64,000 nt of DNA from Microbotryum violaceum (lineage: Eukaryota), in the NCBI GenBank assembly GCA_001244265.2, contig CDLV01000017.1, positions 248,001 to 312,000 of the forward strand, read 5' to 3'. The notes under the pieces are model-generated. The model ran no database searches. It worked only from the letters and a program-made list of their open reading frames with translations, and was not told the DNA's origin. Made by a program: the position numbers and the translations under genes. Positions 29,201-41,260 of the stretch are shown here, piece by piece (position 1 is the stretch's first letter; the number at the start of each line of letters is the position of its first letter).

Positions 29201-30289
29201 ATCTGGGGTGAAATCGAATAACTTGCGGAGGTGGCGCCGGACGTGATTGGAGCGAGGGCGAAGCAGGCCGTGGCGGGCAGTGCGAGTTGAAACGATTTCA
29301 TCGGGCCCAAGAACATGGAAAGACGAGGCGCAGGCGAGAGCGACGCTTCCTTCTTGCAAGATACAAGCGTATTGTGAGGTAAGAGGGGGTAGGAGTACAA
29401 GCTGCGTATGCTTTGAATGACTCAGTCCACACATACTTGGCTATTGAAAACTCAGCCGAGCGTGGAAGCGAGTTCGGGATTATCTCAACTCTGAAGCCAA
29501 GTGACTCAATAAGCAAAGCTGGAGTTTCGTCGATGCTGGTGAACATTGTGCGAAGACAGCTTTAGTGCCTCGGTGACTATAGGTAATTGCCTACTACTAA
29601 CTAGTGCCTCACCTGTCCCATTCGAAAGAGCACGTCACGTCGTCCCCCAACTCGCGACTCGCGAGGCAAATGACGAAGGTCGAAGCCGAAAAGGCAGTCG
29701 GAGATGACCCGCATTCCTAAGATGGCCTGCGCAGTGCCTGCGCCCTCCTGCGCCGCGCCGAGCTCGTTCCGTCGCCGGCTCCCGGCAGCGGCGCAATCAG
29801 AGCCGACCGAGGCGATCCCGCGGGGCCCGTGGCGTGAATTTTTAGTAGCAGTCAAACCGTAATCACATCGTGCGTACTAAAATTGCGGACATGTTAGGGT
29901 GGCCGAAGGCTGGCCAAAGCCGCTCTCAGTCCTCCCAGCTCCAAGCTAGCGCCGCCGTGGGGGGGTTAGGGGTTATACGAATCGAGCGAGCGAATCGAGC
30001 GAAAGCCGACGATCATCTCAATGAAGGTCATCCAACGCTTGCAGAAATTGCCATGGTAGATGATATATATCCACCCAACTATCAGTTGCTCACGGAGATC
30101 AACGTCGACGTCGGGGCCCCCGAGTGCGGATCATTGCAGCTATGACTTTATTGATCATTCGTGTGAGCTCGATTGGGTGGAATTCCAAGTAGATTATTGA
30201 CGGCGTAATCAGAAACAGTGGTGTGAGTGTAGAAAATCGAAAGACGAAAGCGTCCGTGTCCACAGGACAAATCCCCAGAAAAAACCCGC

Positions 30290-33200
30290 TTATTCGAACC
30301 GGAACGGAGGGCTCAACCAACTCTCCCAACTGGCCTCGTCGGCAGGGTCGGCAGTCGTCCTCACCGCACTGCAAGGTTTGTAGAAGAGAATTGAAACGAT
30401 TTAGTTAGACGATAAGATGACAGGAAGATTTCATCCGAGGGTTAAGCACTGACCGAAGAAGGAAGCGATAAGGGGTCTTGCTCTTAGCCGTCGCGGTGCG
30501 TCCGCTAGTAGCCGTGGTCTGGTATCGACTGTTGAAAGTGATCTGGTTGTCGGTGAAGGACAAGGCACCGGTGTTGCTGACGGCAAGATCGCGAGGGACG
30601 TTGGTCGAGCCAGCGATGAAGCCGATAGTCGAGACCGAGGCATAAGACTGGCTGTCCTTGCGACTCTCAAGCGCAGACCCGGTGAGCGCATCCGTCTCGA
30701 GGGATCCGAGATCGAACTCATCAACAGAGCGACGACGCTTGAGGTTGGCGTTGTTGCCAGGGGAGATGGTTGGCTTAAACGTAGTGTTGGCGAACACAAG
30801 GTCGATGTTGTAGGCTCGAGTCGCCTCTGTAGTAGTTGAGGAAGGTCGTCGACGTCAGTAGCTGTACAGTATAGGCCCTGTAGGTGTCAGACCAGATAAC
30901 TCACGCGAGAGACGGAACACGATGGTGGGGCCAGCTCTGGTTGAGTAGGTCTTGACAGCACTCGCGCTCGTCTGGACCTTGAGGTCAGGGGTGCCAACGA
31001 AGGGGTATTTGAGGCCGGACTGGTATTGGCTTGCATACATGTCCGTCTGGTCAAGGATCTTCTGATCGCGCATGTTGCCAGCGAGACCAAAGTAGGGAAT
31101 CTGGAACGACTCCTTGTTGTCGGCCGTGATCATGATAAAACCGCTGTAAACGGGGAAGAGCGCGCGTTGACCGGCAGAGAACTGCGGCGGCTGGAACTTG
31201 ATCTGGAAAGTCGATGTCTTGCCGGCCTGGATCGTGACTCGACCGGGTCGGAACGTCACTGATGCACCCCTCGACAAGGCGCCAGGGCTGAGCGAAGGAT
31301 TGAATGCACCACTCTTGTCGTAGGTCAATCGCGGCTGGGCACCGGTGTCCGAGTAGCGGTACGTGACCGCTTTCGAGTTCTTGTTCGTGATCGTCACCGT
31401 CTGCATGGACGCAAAGTGGGCAGTGTCGTTGAGGTAGAGCTCGTTGGGACCGAAGAAGGATTTCGCTGCCACAGCTCGGTCGATCTGGACCAAGCCACCA
31501 CCTTGGAGAACTGTCGACGTCAACGGGCCTTTGGTCTTGCGCGTAACCGGGATCGCGTCGGCCGTTGAGGAAAGCAGTTGGCGCATCTCGATGGGTGTGA
31601 ACTTGTCCGACTTGCGGGCTGAGAGGATGAGGGCGACGGAACCAGCGGCGAACGGCGTGGCCATCGAGGTACCGCTAATCACGCCGACACCACCCCACGT
31701 CAAAGGGAAGGTCGAGAGCACGTTGCCACCGGGAGCTCCGAAACTGGGTTGGCCATACATGTCATTCGTGGGGCCGAACTGAGAGAAGTCGCTGACCTGG
31801 CCACCAGAAAGGGTCTGCTCGACGCGGAGCTGCTTGCTCTTGCTGGGGAAGGTGACCTTGAGACCGTCCTTCTTTTGTGCGAGGTAGTACTTGAGCAACT
31901 TGACACCATCAGCATGGCTGAGACCAGCAGCGCCGAGGAGACCGGTCCCCTTCGTGATGAAGTAAGGTCGACCCTCGAGACCCTTGGCGCCGTAAATGAT
32001 GACGTATCGGGCTCCGGCGGCCGCTGCGTTCGAAAGTTTCGTATTCGGGGAGCAGATTCCTCGTTGCATGGCGACGACAAAGTTGCGAAGATTGGGCGTA
32101 GACTTGGGCAGAGGGAGGCAGGCATCGTTGGTGACACTCATGTCCGTCGAGGTAAAGTAGATCGGCAAAGCAGTGTCGAGTCCGAGCGGCTTGGCACTGA
32201 AGGCGCTCATGGCAGGGTAGCCGCCAGTCTTGAAGATCATGTTGTACGCTGGGACAACGGTCACGTCGACCGAGGCGATGCTCATGCCAGTGCGACTCGA
32301 GGCGGGAGAAGAGGCAATGAAGAGACCCTCGTCTTGGTCGTTGCCCGCAGCGACAACAACGTGGATGCCTTTGGCAGTGAGCCTGTCGGCGATATACTGC
32401 GTCGCAGAGCCGTCGACCCAACTACCGGAGCCACCGAGACTCATGCTGACAATGTTGGCGTTGTCATCGGGAGCACGGAGCATGGCTTCTGCGATGATGT
32501 CGTCTGAGGTCGAGCCGGTGCAGGGGAAGACACGGTACATGCCGAGCGTTGCCTTGGGAGAGACACCGGTAAAACCGTATTGGTTCGGGTTCGCGCCAAT
32601 GATACCAGCGACTGTGGGGAGAGAGATATGGGCGACGCTCGTCAGCTTAGGAGCTGCTGCGCAGTCATCATCAGAGCGAGGAGATTGACATACCGTGCGT
32701 GCCGTGTTCGGAGCAGTTCGTGTACGGATCGGGGCCGTCGAAGGGCTTTCCAGTGTCGTCGATGAATGAGTGTCCGAACCCGACCTTGCAGCCTTTTCCG
32801 AAGCAACCACCAAGGATGGGGTTCTTGTAGTCAACGCCGGTGTCGATGATGGCGACCCTGATCCCGGCACCGTAGAGGCCCTGAGCATGCATCTTGTCGA
32901 CACCAGTCATTTGGTGAGGCGGGAATTGATCATTATTAAGGTCATCGGCACGTCGTTGAAGGAGATCGCGTCGGACGAGCTGACTCGAATACGAATCGGC
33001 GTGATTCGGCGAGGTCTGGAGGCTGCTCGGGTTCGGAACGACTCGCACGGGCCAGGCGTGCTGCACGTGATCAAGACCGGGGCGACCGAGCAAATCAGCA
33101 CTGGTACAAGAGTATGTGCAACACGCTCTGTCTTCTTAATCAACAAAATATAGAACTGAACTCACCGTGACACCCGGGATTGCGAGAAGGTTGGCGGTGG

Positions 33201-33641
33201 TGGTGTTCTCGGGCACGACGATGCTCGCTCCGGTGAGCACGCCGGGGGATTGGTAAAGTTTCTTGGTCTCGACATCGATACCAGTGCTGCCGATCTTGCT
33301 GATGACACTCGAGATGGCCTGAGGAGGAGAGGGCCATGTCAGCTTTCGACAATAAAGGCGCCCCGAGCGCCGCCTCAAGTCGCGAAGCTCGGAGGCGACC
33401 GGAGGTGGAGGTCAGGGGCTCGCGCACAGGAGCTCAAACCCCTCGGGGTTAGGAGATGCCGAAGACTCACCACACCAGAAGCACGCTTGCTCAGACTACC
33501 ACTTGAGCTACTGACGGCGATGATGTAGCGACCAGGAATAATCCCGGGCGAGTTGGAGTCGCCTGACTTGGCTGATGCGCCCGAGGCGAGTGCCGAGCAC
33601 GCCGTCGCGAACAAGGCGAGAAATTTTGTGTCGACAAACAT
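30290..33641 (-). CDS. Secreted subtilisin-like S8 protease 3 (apparently intact)
   Basis: Signal peptide MFVDTKFLALFATAC; IIDTG / HGTH / SGTSMATP triad; PA and Fn3-like regions in frame (FRPGRVTIQ); last exon AVRTTADPADEASWESWLSPPFRFE*. Confidence 0.92.
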
Positions 33642-35151
33642 GATGAAGCGGGGTGTCGCGTCGACTTATCCAATCAAGAACAGTCTCGAATGGGGCTGAT
33701 GGAAGTGAGATACAGAAAGGAGAGAAGAGAAAGGGTCGAGTTGGAGTAGATGGGACGATTCTTAGATAATTGGCCAAACAATGTCTAAAGTGGCTCTCGG
33801 GGCATTAGCGGTGCGAACCGTGTGGTTCTCGGAGCAGCGCAAGCGCACACGCGGTCACCGGCGGGAAACACGCCGGACACTGAGGACAGACTTCCAACTT
33901 TTGACTTCACTAAAGCCGCGATCAAGTCGGACCCCTACGCTAGAATGTGGGAACAACATCTACGGCGGGGGTGCCTAAGTTATTGTCTCGAACGGCCGTA
34001 GATTGACGCGTATGCGGGGGATCGTAGCGCCAATAGTTGGCAAGTTCGACCTGGCGATCTGCGCTCCGAGGCGCGTTGAGGGGCGCGACGCGCGCTAGCG
34101 GTCATTCCACGGGAGCATACTCGGATTGCCACGGATTGCAGTGTCCAATCAAGCGCCGCGGGGTCCCGTAGTCCCGGATTTGCTCGGGGATGTCACATGC
34201 AATCGAAGCGAGGTCGAAAGCGATACCTAGATAAGGATCGGGTGGAGACGCCGATTTAGAATTAGGGATGATTTTTAAAGTTAGAGCTAGCTCGCCGAGG
34301 CCGACCCCGAGCTAGGTAGGTCGTGGAACGGCCGGTCGTTCGGTGCACCACGTCGCGGCTCGCTCGGTTGCAGCAAACTATTTCCCAAGCGCGTAGATTT
34401 GGATGCACACTGAACATCACAGCCCGGATCATATCCTGTCGTTTGGTCGGTCGTCAACAACACTCAGATGGGGCCAACTGTGCTTCTGCCAGTCGAGCTT
34501 GCGCAGCTCGGTTAATTTATGGTCTGGTTGGTGCGTGGAGGTAGCTATTATTTTATTTGCCTAGATACATACCTGCATGTTGCTCAAAATCGTCGAGGGC
34601 CTCGTTTTGCGAGAAAGAATGAAACGACACAAAACTGGCGTGGCTTACACGAAGACTGAAATTGACGCGACGAGCCCACGCGGTTGGCTCCTACGGCCGT
34701 GCCGGACAGAGCCCGCGCGATCGCGAGTGAGCCGCTTCAGTAGTAGCTTTAAAGCACTTGTAACAAAACATGTCTTGAAGGCTCGTGTGGCAGCGTTTGA
34801 TCCGCAAAATCGTAGAGCCGCCCTGTGTAGAGACTACTCAGATAAATCGCGCCTGCTCACAATTGTTAAAGGAAACATCCACTGGGCATCACGTGAAGCG
34901 CTGCTCAATTTTTTTCGGTGCATTTACTCATCAAGTGCATCAGGTAGGTGTTAAAAATATCATGATTGCCTATTGGAGATTCGGTCAGCTCCATCCGTAT
35001 GGAGCGAAAACTAAACTGAGCCAAGTTATCCAACTGCTTAATACTAGCAGTGAGCAATAACGAGGTGTTGCGAGGGTGCAATGAGCAAATTGCGAGGAGC
35101 TAAGCCAGAAAAGGAGAAGATACATAGTCGGTTTCATTCTATTTTAGAAGC

Positions 35152-37632
35152 TCATACGAGTGCCCACCCTCCGACGAGAGCGATCAAGCCCTGGAGGAGC
35201 GCCGAAGCACCGATCGAGCCCGAGGCCTTGGAAGAGGAGGTCGAACTCGGATTGGGGCCCACCGTCGCCGTAGGCGTAGCCGTCGCAGTCGCAGTCGAAG
35301 GGGACGTTGAAGTCACAGTGACGTTGGCCGCCGTACCAGGAAGGGTCGAAGCTTCCGCAACGGGTTGTTCACTAATCACACCGTTACCGACCATGACCAT
35401 CTTGCCTGTACTCGGGATCCCATTGACGGTGACGAAGAGCAATGCCGGACCGGGTTGGAACATGCGTGGGTTGGGTGTGACTTGGGCGACGTAGATCGTT
35501 GCTGAGCCGTTCGAGTGCGATGTGTACGAGTGTCGGAGTTGGATGTATTTCATGCCCATGTTCATCGCATGGGTTGAGAAACCCGTACGGATGAGTGATA
35601 CTTTGAGGTCGGCGGGGGAAGAACCATTCAAGGATGACCTAGGTAAATCGAACTGGAAGTAATCACCCCCGTAGGTGATGTTGCGAGGGAGGGAGCTCGG
35701 AACAGGCCGTCCAGAGTCGTAGTAAGACGGGTAGAAGATTTCGGAGCGATACTCGGTCTTGTAAACGTAGGTCGCGTTATTGACATCGGTGATGACGTCA
35801 GCGTTGGGGTTGCTACCCGCGATGAAGACGGAGCCATCAACGAGGAGCGTTGCAGACGAGTGGTACAGACGCCCCACGGAAGAGGACGGCAAACCCTCGG
35901 TGGAAAAGCGCGAGCCGGAAGGAGCCGAGGCGTTGTAGTAAGCAGGTCGGAGGACAGGATCCTGACCGTAGGATTGGTTGACAGCCCAGTCGGTCCATCC
36001 GTATCCTGCCGAACCCTTGGCGACACCGTTCAGCAAAAGGAGTCGCTCGTCGGGGAGGATGATAAAGTTGCCCATGCCACGGTTCTCAGGCAGGTCATCG
36101 TCGTTTTTCCATGTCGCCGACGAGCCATCCTCGGGGTTAATGTAGACGCATGACGAAGAAGTGTTGGTCGCGGCAATGTTCCACTTGGTCGTATCCCAAT
36201 CGTCACGTTCGGGGGTCATACCACCGCAGAAGAGCAGCGTAACGGTATAATTATTCGCGAGAGTCAGAGGCAGCATCGCCGTCGCTCCCGACGATGGGTA
36301 CGTCTTTTGTGCGATTGTGATGTTGGGGAGGGCCGTCTCATCACCCGAGGTGTAGTTGAGCAGTTGGGTTTGCCAATCGGCTTGCATGAAGACCAATCCA
36401 TTGGGGAGCAGCCAACTGAGAGGGTATAGGTTCGCCGGTTGGGTGTTGGCCAAGAAGGTCGAGTTGACGGGGTCACCGCGGGTTGGCCAGAATTCACTGG
36501 TCGAGATCAAAGAAGGCTCCGTCAACATCACTGATCGGATTTATCGCTCAGTCATGAACGTAATGGACTGACTAGCTTGGCACATTCTGGTTCTGGTTGA
36601 CCGAGTTGACGAAGCCGCCATACAGTTCACCTGCTTGTCGAATGGATCCCTTTCAGTTTATTTCGACTAAGAAGCCCATCCATCTCGAGCAACAACTCAC
36701 CACCAAGAATCAAGACAGCGCCCGTTTCGAGCGTTTCAATATAAGGATACCATCGATTGATCGGCATCCCGTACTTATCTTCGTACCATTCGTCCGTCCC
36801 ATCATCCGAAGGCGTAAGCACCCTGACGGTCCTTCCGCCCGAATAATCCGAATAAGCACCCGTTCCGTCAGAGGTGTTGGTCCCTCCTGTCGTGATGGCT
36901 TGGTTCCCACCGATATTGATCCAGGATCCGTTGCCGAGCGAATTACCACCGGCGCAGAAGGTGTTGGTGATGACATCCATGGATCGGTACGAGTTGTTGG
37001 AGAGATCGTACTCTGTTGCCCACTATAGAGAGGTCATTGATGGAAGGTCAGTCAACTGAGCAGGGGCAAGGAAAGTGCTTCGCGGGAACAACCATCACTT
37101 ACAGCAGCATGTCCGTTAACACGCGCAGCTAATGGTGTTTTCCGAATGGTGCAGGAAGGTCAGCTCACACGCCACGAGATGTCGCTCAGCCGCAGCACCC
37201 GAAGACCACTCACTGTTGTTCTCGGTCTTGTCTACAATGTAAACCTGTAACAGACAAGAATACGAGTTCTTAGATAAGTATCGGACAAGCAGAAATCACC
37301 CATAGACAGCAGCAAACGCTTACCTTGTTCTCGGTCTGTAAGGAGAGGGGCGTGGGCTCGAATCAGTCCGAGCGCAAAAATTCGCAGGCATCTTGTAACA
37401 CGGGTTCAACTCACACCCAAGAACATTTGCTGAGCACTCGCTCTTTGAATGCTAATTACATTAGTGCCATGCTCACAAAGGCAAGGCGCTTTCTAATGTT
37501 GACTCACCCTGTTTCACCGACGACAGCAAACGTATTGGCCTTGCCCGCCGCGGCCGCAGCAAAAGGGGCCAGGACTGCGAGGGCCGAAACGGCGCTCGAG
37601 CTCGCTTTCCATGAAGAGTGGAAGGTCCGCAT
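35152..37632 (-). CDS. Glyoxal oxidase / copper radical oxidase (CAZy AA5_1), secreted, probably GPI-anchored; several micro-exons
   Basis: SAQQMFL, TNTFCAGG, RWYP, RLYHSSATLLVDGSVFIAGSNPN and GFSTHAMNMG motifs; N-terminal signal peptide; Ser/Thr stalk and hydrophobic C-terminus. Confidence 0.93.
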
Positions 37633-38533
37633 GCCGTGAATCCTCGTGTATCGACTGGTTTGGAAGTGTTAAAGAAGGGAACAGAAGGTGTCTGGTGGAC
37701 AGGGCGAAAAAGAGGGTCAGCAGTGACGCTGCGAGATGAGTCCTTTTAATCCGTTTTTGCCGAATGCGATGCAGCGGCCGCCTGCCAAAAACGATCCACC
37801 CCCACCCCCGCGCGATGGCACCGCGCTGCGTGCACGCGCAGATTGCCGCGGCAGTACAACTTCACGCCCGAGTCGGAGTTGTCGATTGCGGTCGTGGGTT
37901 AAGCGGGCCAGAGCAACAGGCTTGAACGATGGATTGTAGGGAGTCGAAGCACGGTAGCATGTGACCTACATAGTAAAGAGGATCCAAAGTCGGGGGGTGG
38001 TAACGGAGTCCCGAGTCTGGCGTCTCCGCAAGCTGACTGTCAAGGCAAAGCTGCGCGAAGCTTGTCGGAGATGAAGTGGGAAGCTAGGAAGCGGATGACA
38101 AGCTTGACGCTCCGGTTTTCAGGGTGCAAAAGCCGGACGAGACCCCGAAAAAGCCTCTCTTTCCCTCGAAGGTCCGAGGGTAGGCCGATGATCTGTCCTT
38201 TTTATAAGGCTGCCGCCGCCCTCAGGGCTATTGTTAGAGTCGCACTGCATCGCCCGGCCCCATCCATCGGTGAGCCCCGAGTGAAGGGTCGGTCAAGGGC
38301 TCGGGGTTGTCACGTGACTGGTGACGGGTGAGGACCCCTTTTCCGAATCGAGTAGGCTCCTGCCATACCAGTTGTAGAGGTGGGCACAAGTGAATCTGCG
38401 CAAATGTTCAGCCTGGACATCGCCTTCATCGAGTTTAGAGCGAAAGAGTTCGCTTCGCTTTCAGCCTCCGCGCCTACGTCATTCCCCCTCTCCCCTCTCC
38501 TCCCCTACCACCGCGATACCCTTCAACTCAACA

Positions 38534-40091
38534 ATGACCCCATCCTCGATTTTCATCATAGGAGGCGGGATCCAAGGCGTCTGTACAGCCTATTACCTGA
38601 CCCAACTCGCCAAGAAACATGGACAAAGCATCAGCGTGACCATCCTTGAGGGGAGTGGGATCGCTGCGGGGGCGAGTGGAAAGGCTGGGGGGTTGTTGGC
38701 GTTGGATTGGTGAGCAGTTCGAGAGTGTGTATGTGCTCTTGGAGCGCTGACATTGATGAGTATGGTCGGTGTCACGCTGGGCGATTTTAGGCATGGTCAG
38801 TAGCTCACAAGTTCGCGGAGAGTCTCGAAGGGGGAGCCCCGTACAAATCAAGAGTCCAAATCTGACTGACGCGCATCGCCTCGACCCTGGGGCTACAGGA
38901 CCATCTACCTCTTCCCTCTCTTCTCTCTCGTACAAACTCCACCGCGACCTGGCCAACGAGCATGATGGCGAAAGGAGATGGGGTTACCGCACCCTCGACA
39001 CCCTCTCCGTCTCGGCCGACATGACCCGCATCATCAAAAAACGTGAGGACGTCGTCTCTTCCAAGAAGCTCAAGGAGAAAAATGGTTTCTTTGATTGGCT
39101 TAACCAGGATGCGTTGGGGGAGACGAGTGTGTTGGGCACCCGAGAATCGACGGCTCAGGTTCATCCGAGGTTGTTCACGCAAGGGCTCGCCGAGATCATG
39201 TTGCAGGAAGGGGACGTCAAGATGGTTTATGGGTCTGCGACGGCGTTGAATAAGAATGAGGACGGTTCATTTACGGTCAAGTATTCGCCGAGGCAAGTGG
39301 AACGATCTTCCAAGGCGAGCGAACAAAAGTCCGCCAGATCTGCTGAGATGAGTCTCGGTCCAGCCGACGGTCTTGTCATCACCGCCGGCCCATGGACGGG
39401 ATCCCTTCTCAAACAACTGGGGATCAAGGGAGGAGGCCGAACGCGTAGGATCGAAGGCAGTCGAGCGCATTCTGTGGTGTTCAAGACGGCGGAGAGTAGG
39501 GCTTTGCCTGCTCAAGCCTTGTTCACGAGCATCAAGGAGAAGGCTGGGTCGTTTTGCGAGCCCGAGATCTATGTTAGTGAACCCGAGTTCCTACTTTCTA
39601 GGGTAATGCAGCCACTCTCGCTGAGTTTACGGACGCTGGCTTGTCTCTGACAGAACCGACCGGATGGCACAGCTTACGCCTGCGGCCCAACCGACGATTC
39701 GTCACTCCCCACCCTCGCTTCCGAAGTCGAGATCGACCCCTCCGCCACGGCCTTGATCATCCAACAAGTCGCCGATCTAGCGCCCGAATATCTCAGCGTG
39801 AATGATGGACCCCATTCTGCTACGGTTGAGGTTGAACAGGCTTGTTATCTCCCCGTGGGGAGTGGGGATCCGGTGATTGGTAGGATTGAGGAGAACGTGT
39901 GGGTTGGCGCGGGACACAGTTGTTGGGGAATTTTGAATGGTCAGTCGATTGCACATATGAAAATATGCGGAACATTGAGCTGATGGACGAGGAATTGTAT
40001 ATTTTCAGGTCCTGCCACGGGTTTGTGTTTGGCGGAACTGATCCTAGAGGGCAAGGCGAGCTCGGCCGATATTCGCAGGCTTGGGCCATGA
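38534..40091 (+). CDS. FAD-dependent oxidoreductase, DAO/glycine oxidase-like (TDA3 family)
   Basis: IIGGGIQG, ASGKAGGLLALDW, TAQVHP, AGPWT, EPEIY, QACYLP and GHSCWGILN/GPATG motifs; stop TGA at 40089-40091. Confidence 0.88.
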
Positions 40092-41260
40092 GTTTTGAGT
40101 GGTGGTGAAGGTGATTCGATGTGATGATGGAATGATATAATGTACGATCAAATTATAATCTTGGAACTAGATGTGTGCTCTCAGACCGAGCTGGACTGGC
40201 TGAGAAACGGAAGCCGAGGATTGGATTTGAGCAGTGTACCCACGATTCGTAATTTGCCACCTCGAGCCCGCCTGCGCGCCGAGCGGCGCCGAGCCCGCCT
40301 TTGAACTTGAAGGTTGACATCCAGTCGACTCGACCGTCGACCGTCTTCTACGCTCAAGCTCGACCCACACTCGACTGGACCTGGACCTGGACTTGGGGCG
40401 TCGTCTGTGAGGGTACAACCTACCTATCTCGTTCCGAGCTCTACTTGCCTGACGACGGCCTCAGCCCAGCACCCAACTCGGCCTCGGACTCGCTTGACGA
40501 GCTCAACTCTCAACTCGGCTGCTCCTTGCGAGCTCGCGGCGACGACGACCTGCTCCCGAGTCGGACCCGGATTTAGATTTACCCTACATCGCCCCTCCAT
40601 TGCACACTATGGAGGCCTGAGTAGTAGGACCTATCCTTCGACTAGGCCATATCATTTGGCTTCTTACCCTCCCGATCGCGCACGAGACCACCCGGCTCAC
40701 CGCACCCGCGCCGCTGTTTACCGGCCGACCTCCTCGGCTCAGGTCGATTGACCGTTCCGGCTCGTCGCTACGTTCGATCAGGTGCATCCTTTGGGCTATA
40801 AAGTGAGTTGGACTGAAGCTTGATGCGCCAGCTATTCGGCTCACCACAGACGAGAGGTCATGGATTGTCCCGAACGGCCACACTCGTCTTTGTCTCGTCG
40901 GTTCTGTCCGTGTGTCTCGAGTTTGTCGTCTCCGTCTGTCAAGCGGCGCTCCCTGGCAGGCAGGCCGTCGGCGACAAGGCGCAGGCCGGGCTGGAGGCGG
41001 AGCTGAGCTCGAGCGCACGCTGTGGCGAACGCAGTATCTTCGGAGGGGATGTCACGATCGAATAGGGTCAGGCTGCACGTCACGCCAATTCCTGTCGCCA
41101 TGGCGCACGACCGTATTCGTTGTGACAAGCTCTGCGGGCGGGCAATCGCCGATTCGCCTTCCGTCCTGGGAGCGGCGCCTCGGGCAAACGCAACTAGCGG
41201 CCCCCGTCTTCGGAAGCTCCAAATCCACTTGAATGCTCGGGGAACGATGCTGATATCCTT

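Noticed and set aside
31749-32688. Long antisense ORFs over the subtilases, cyclin and other genes
   Set aside because: These are expected shadows of GC-rich codon usage on the coding strand and have no recognisable motifs.
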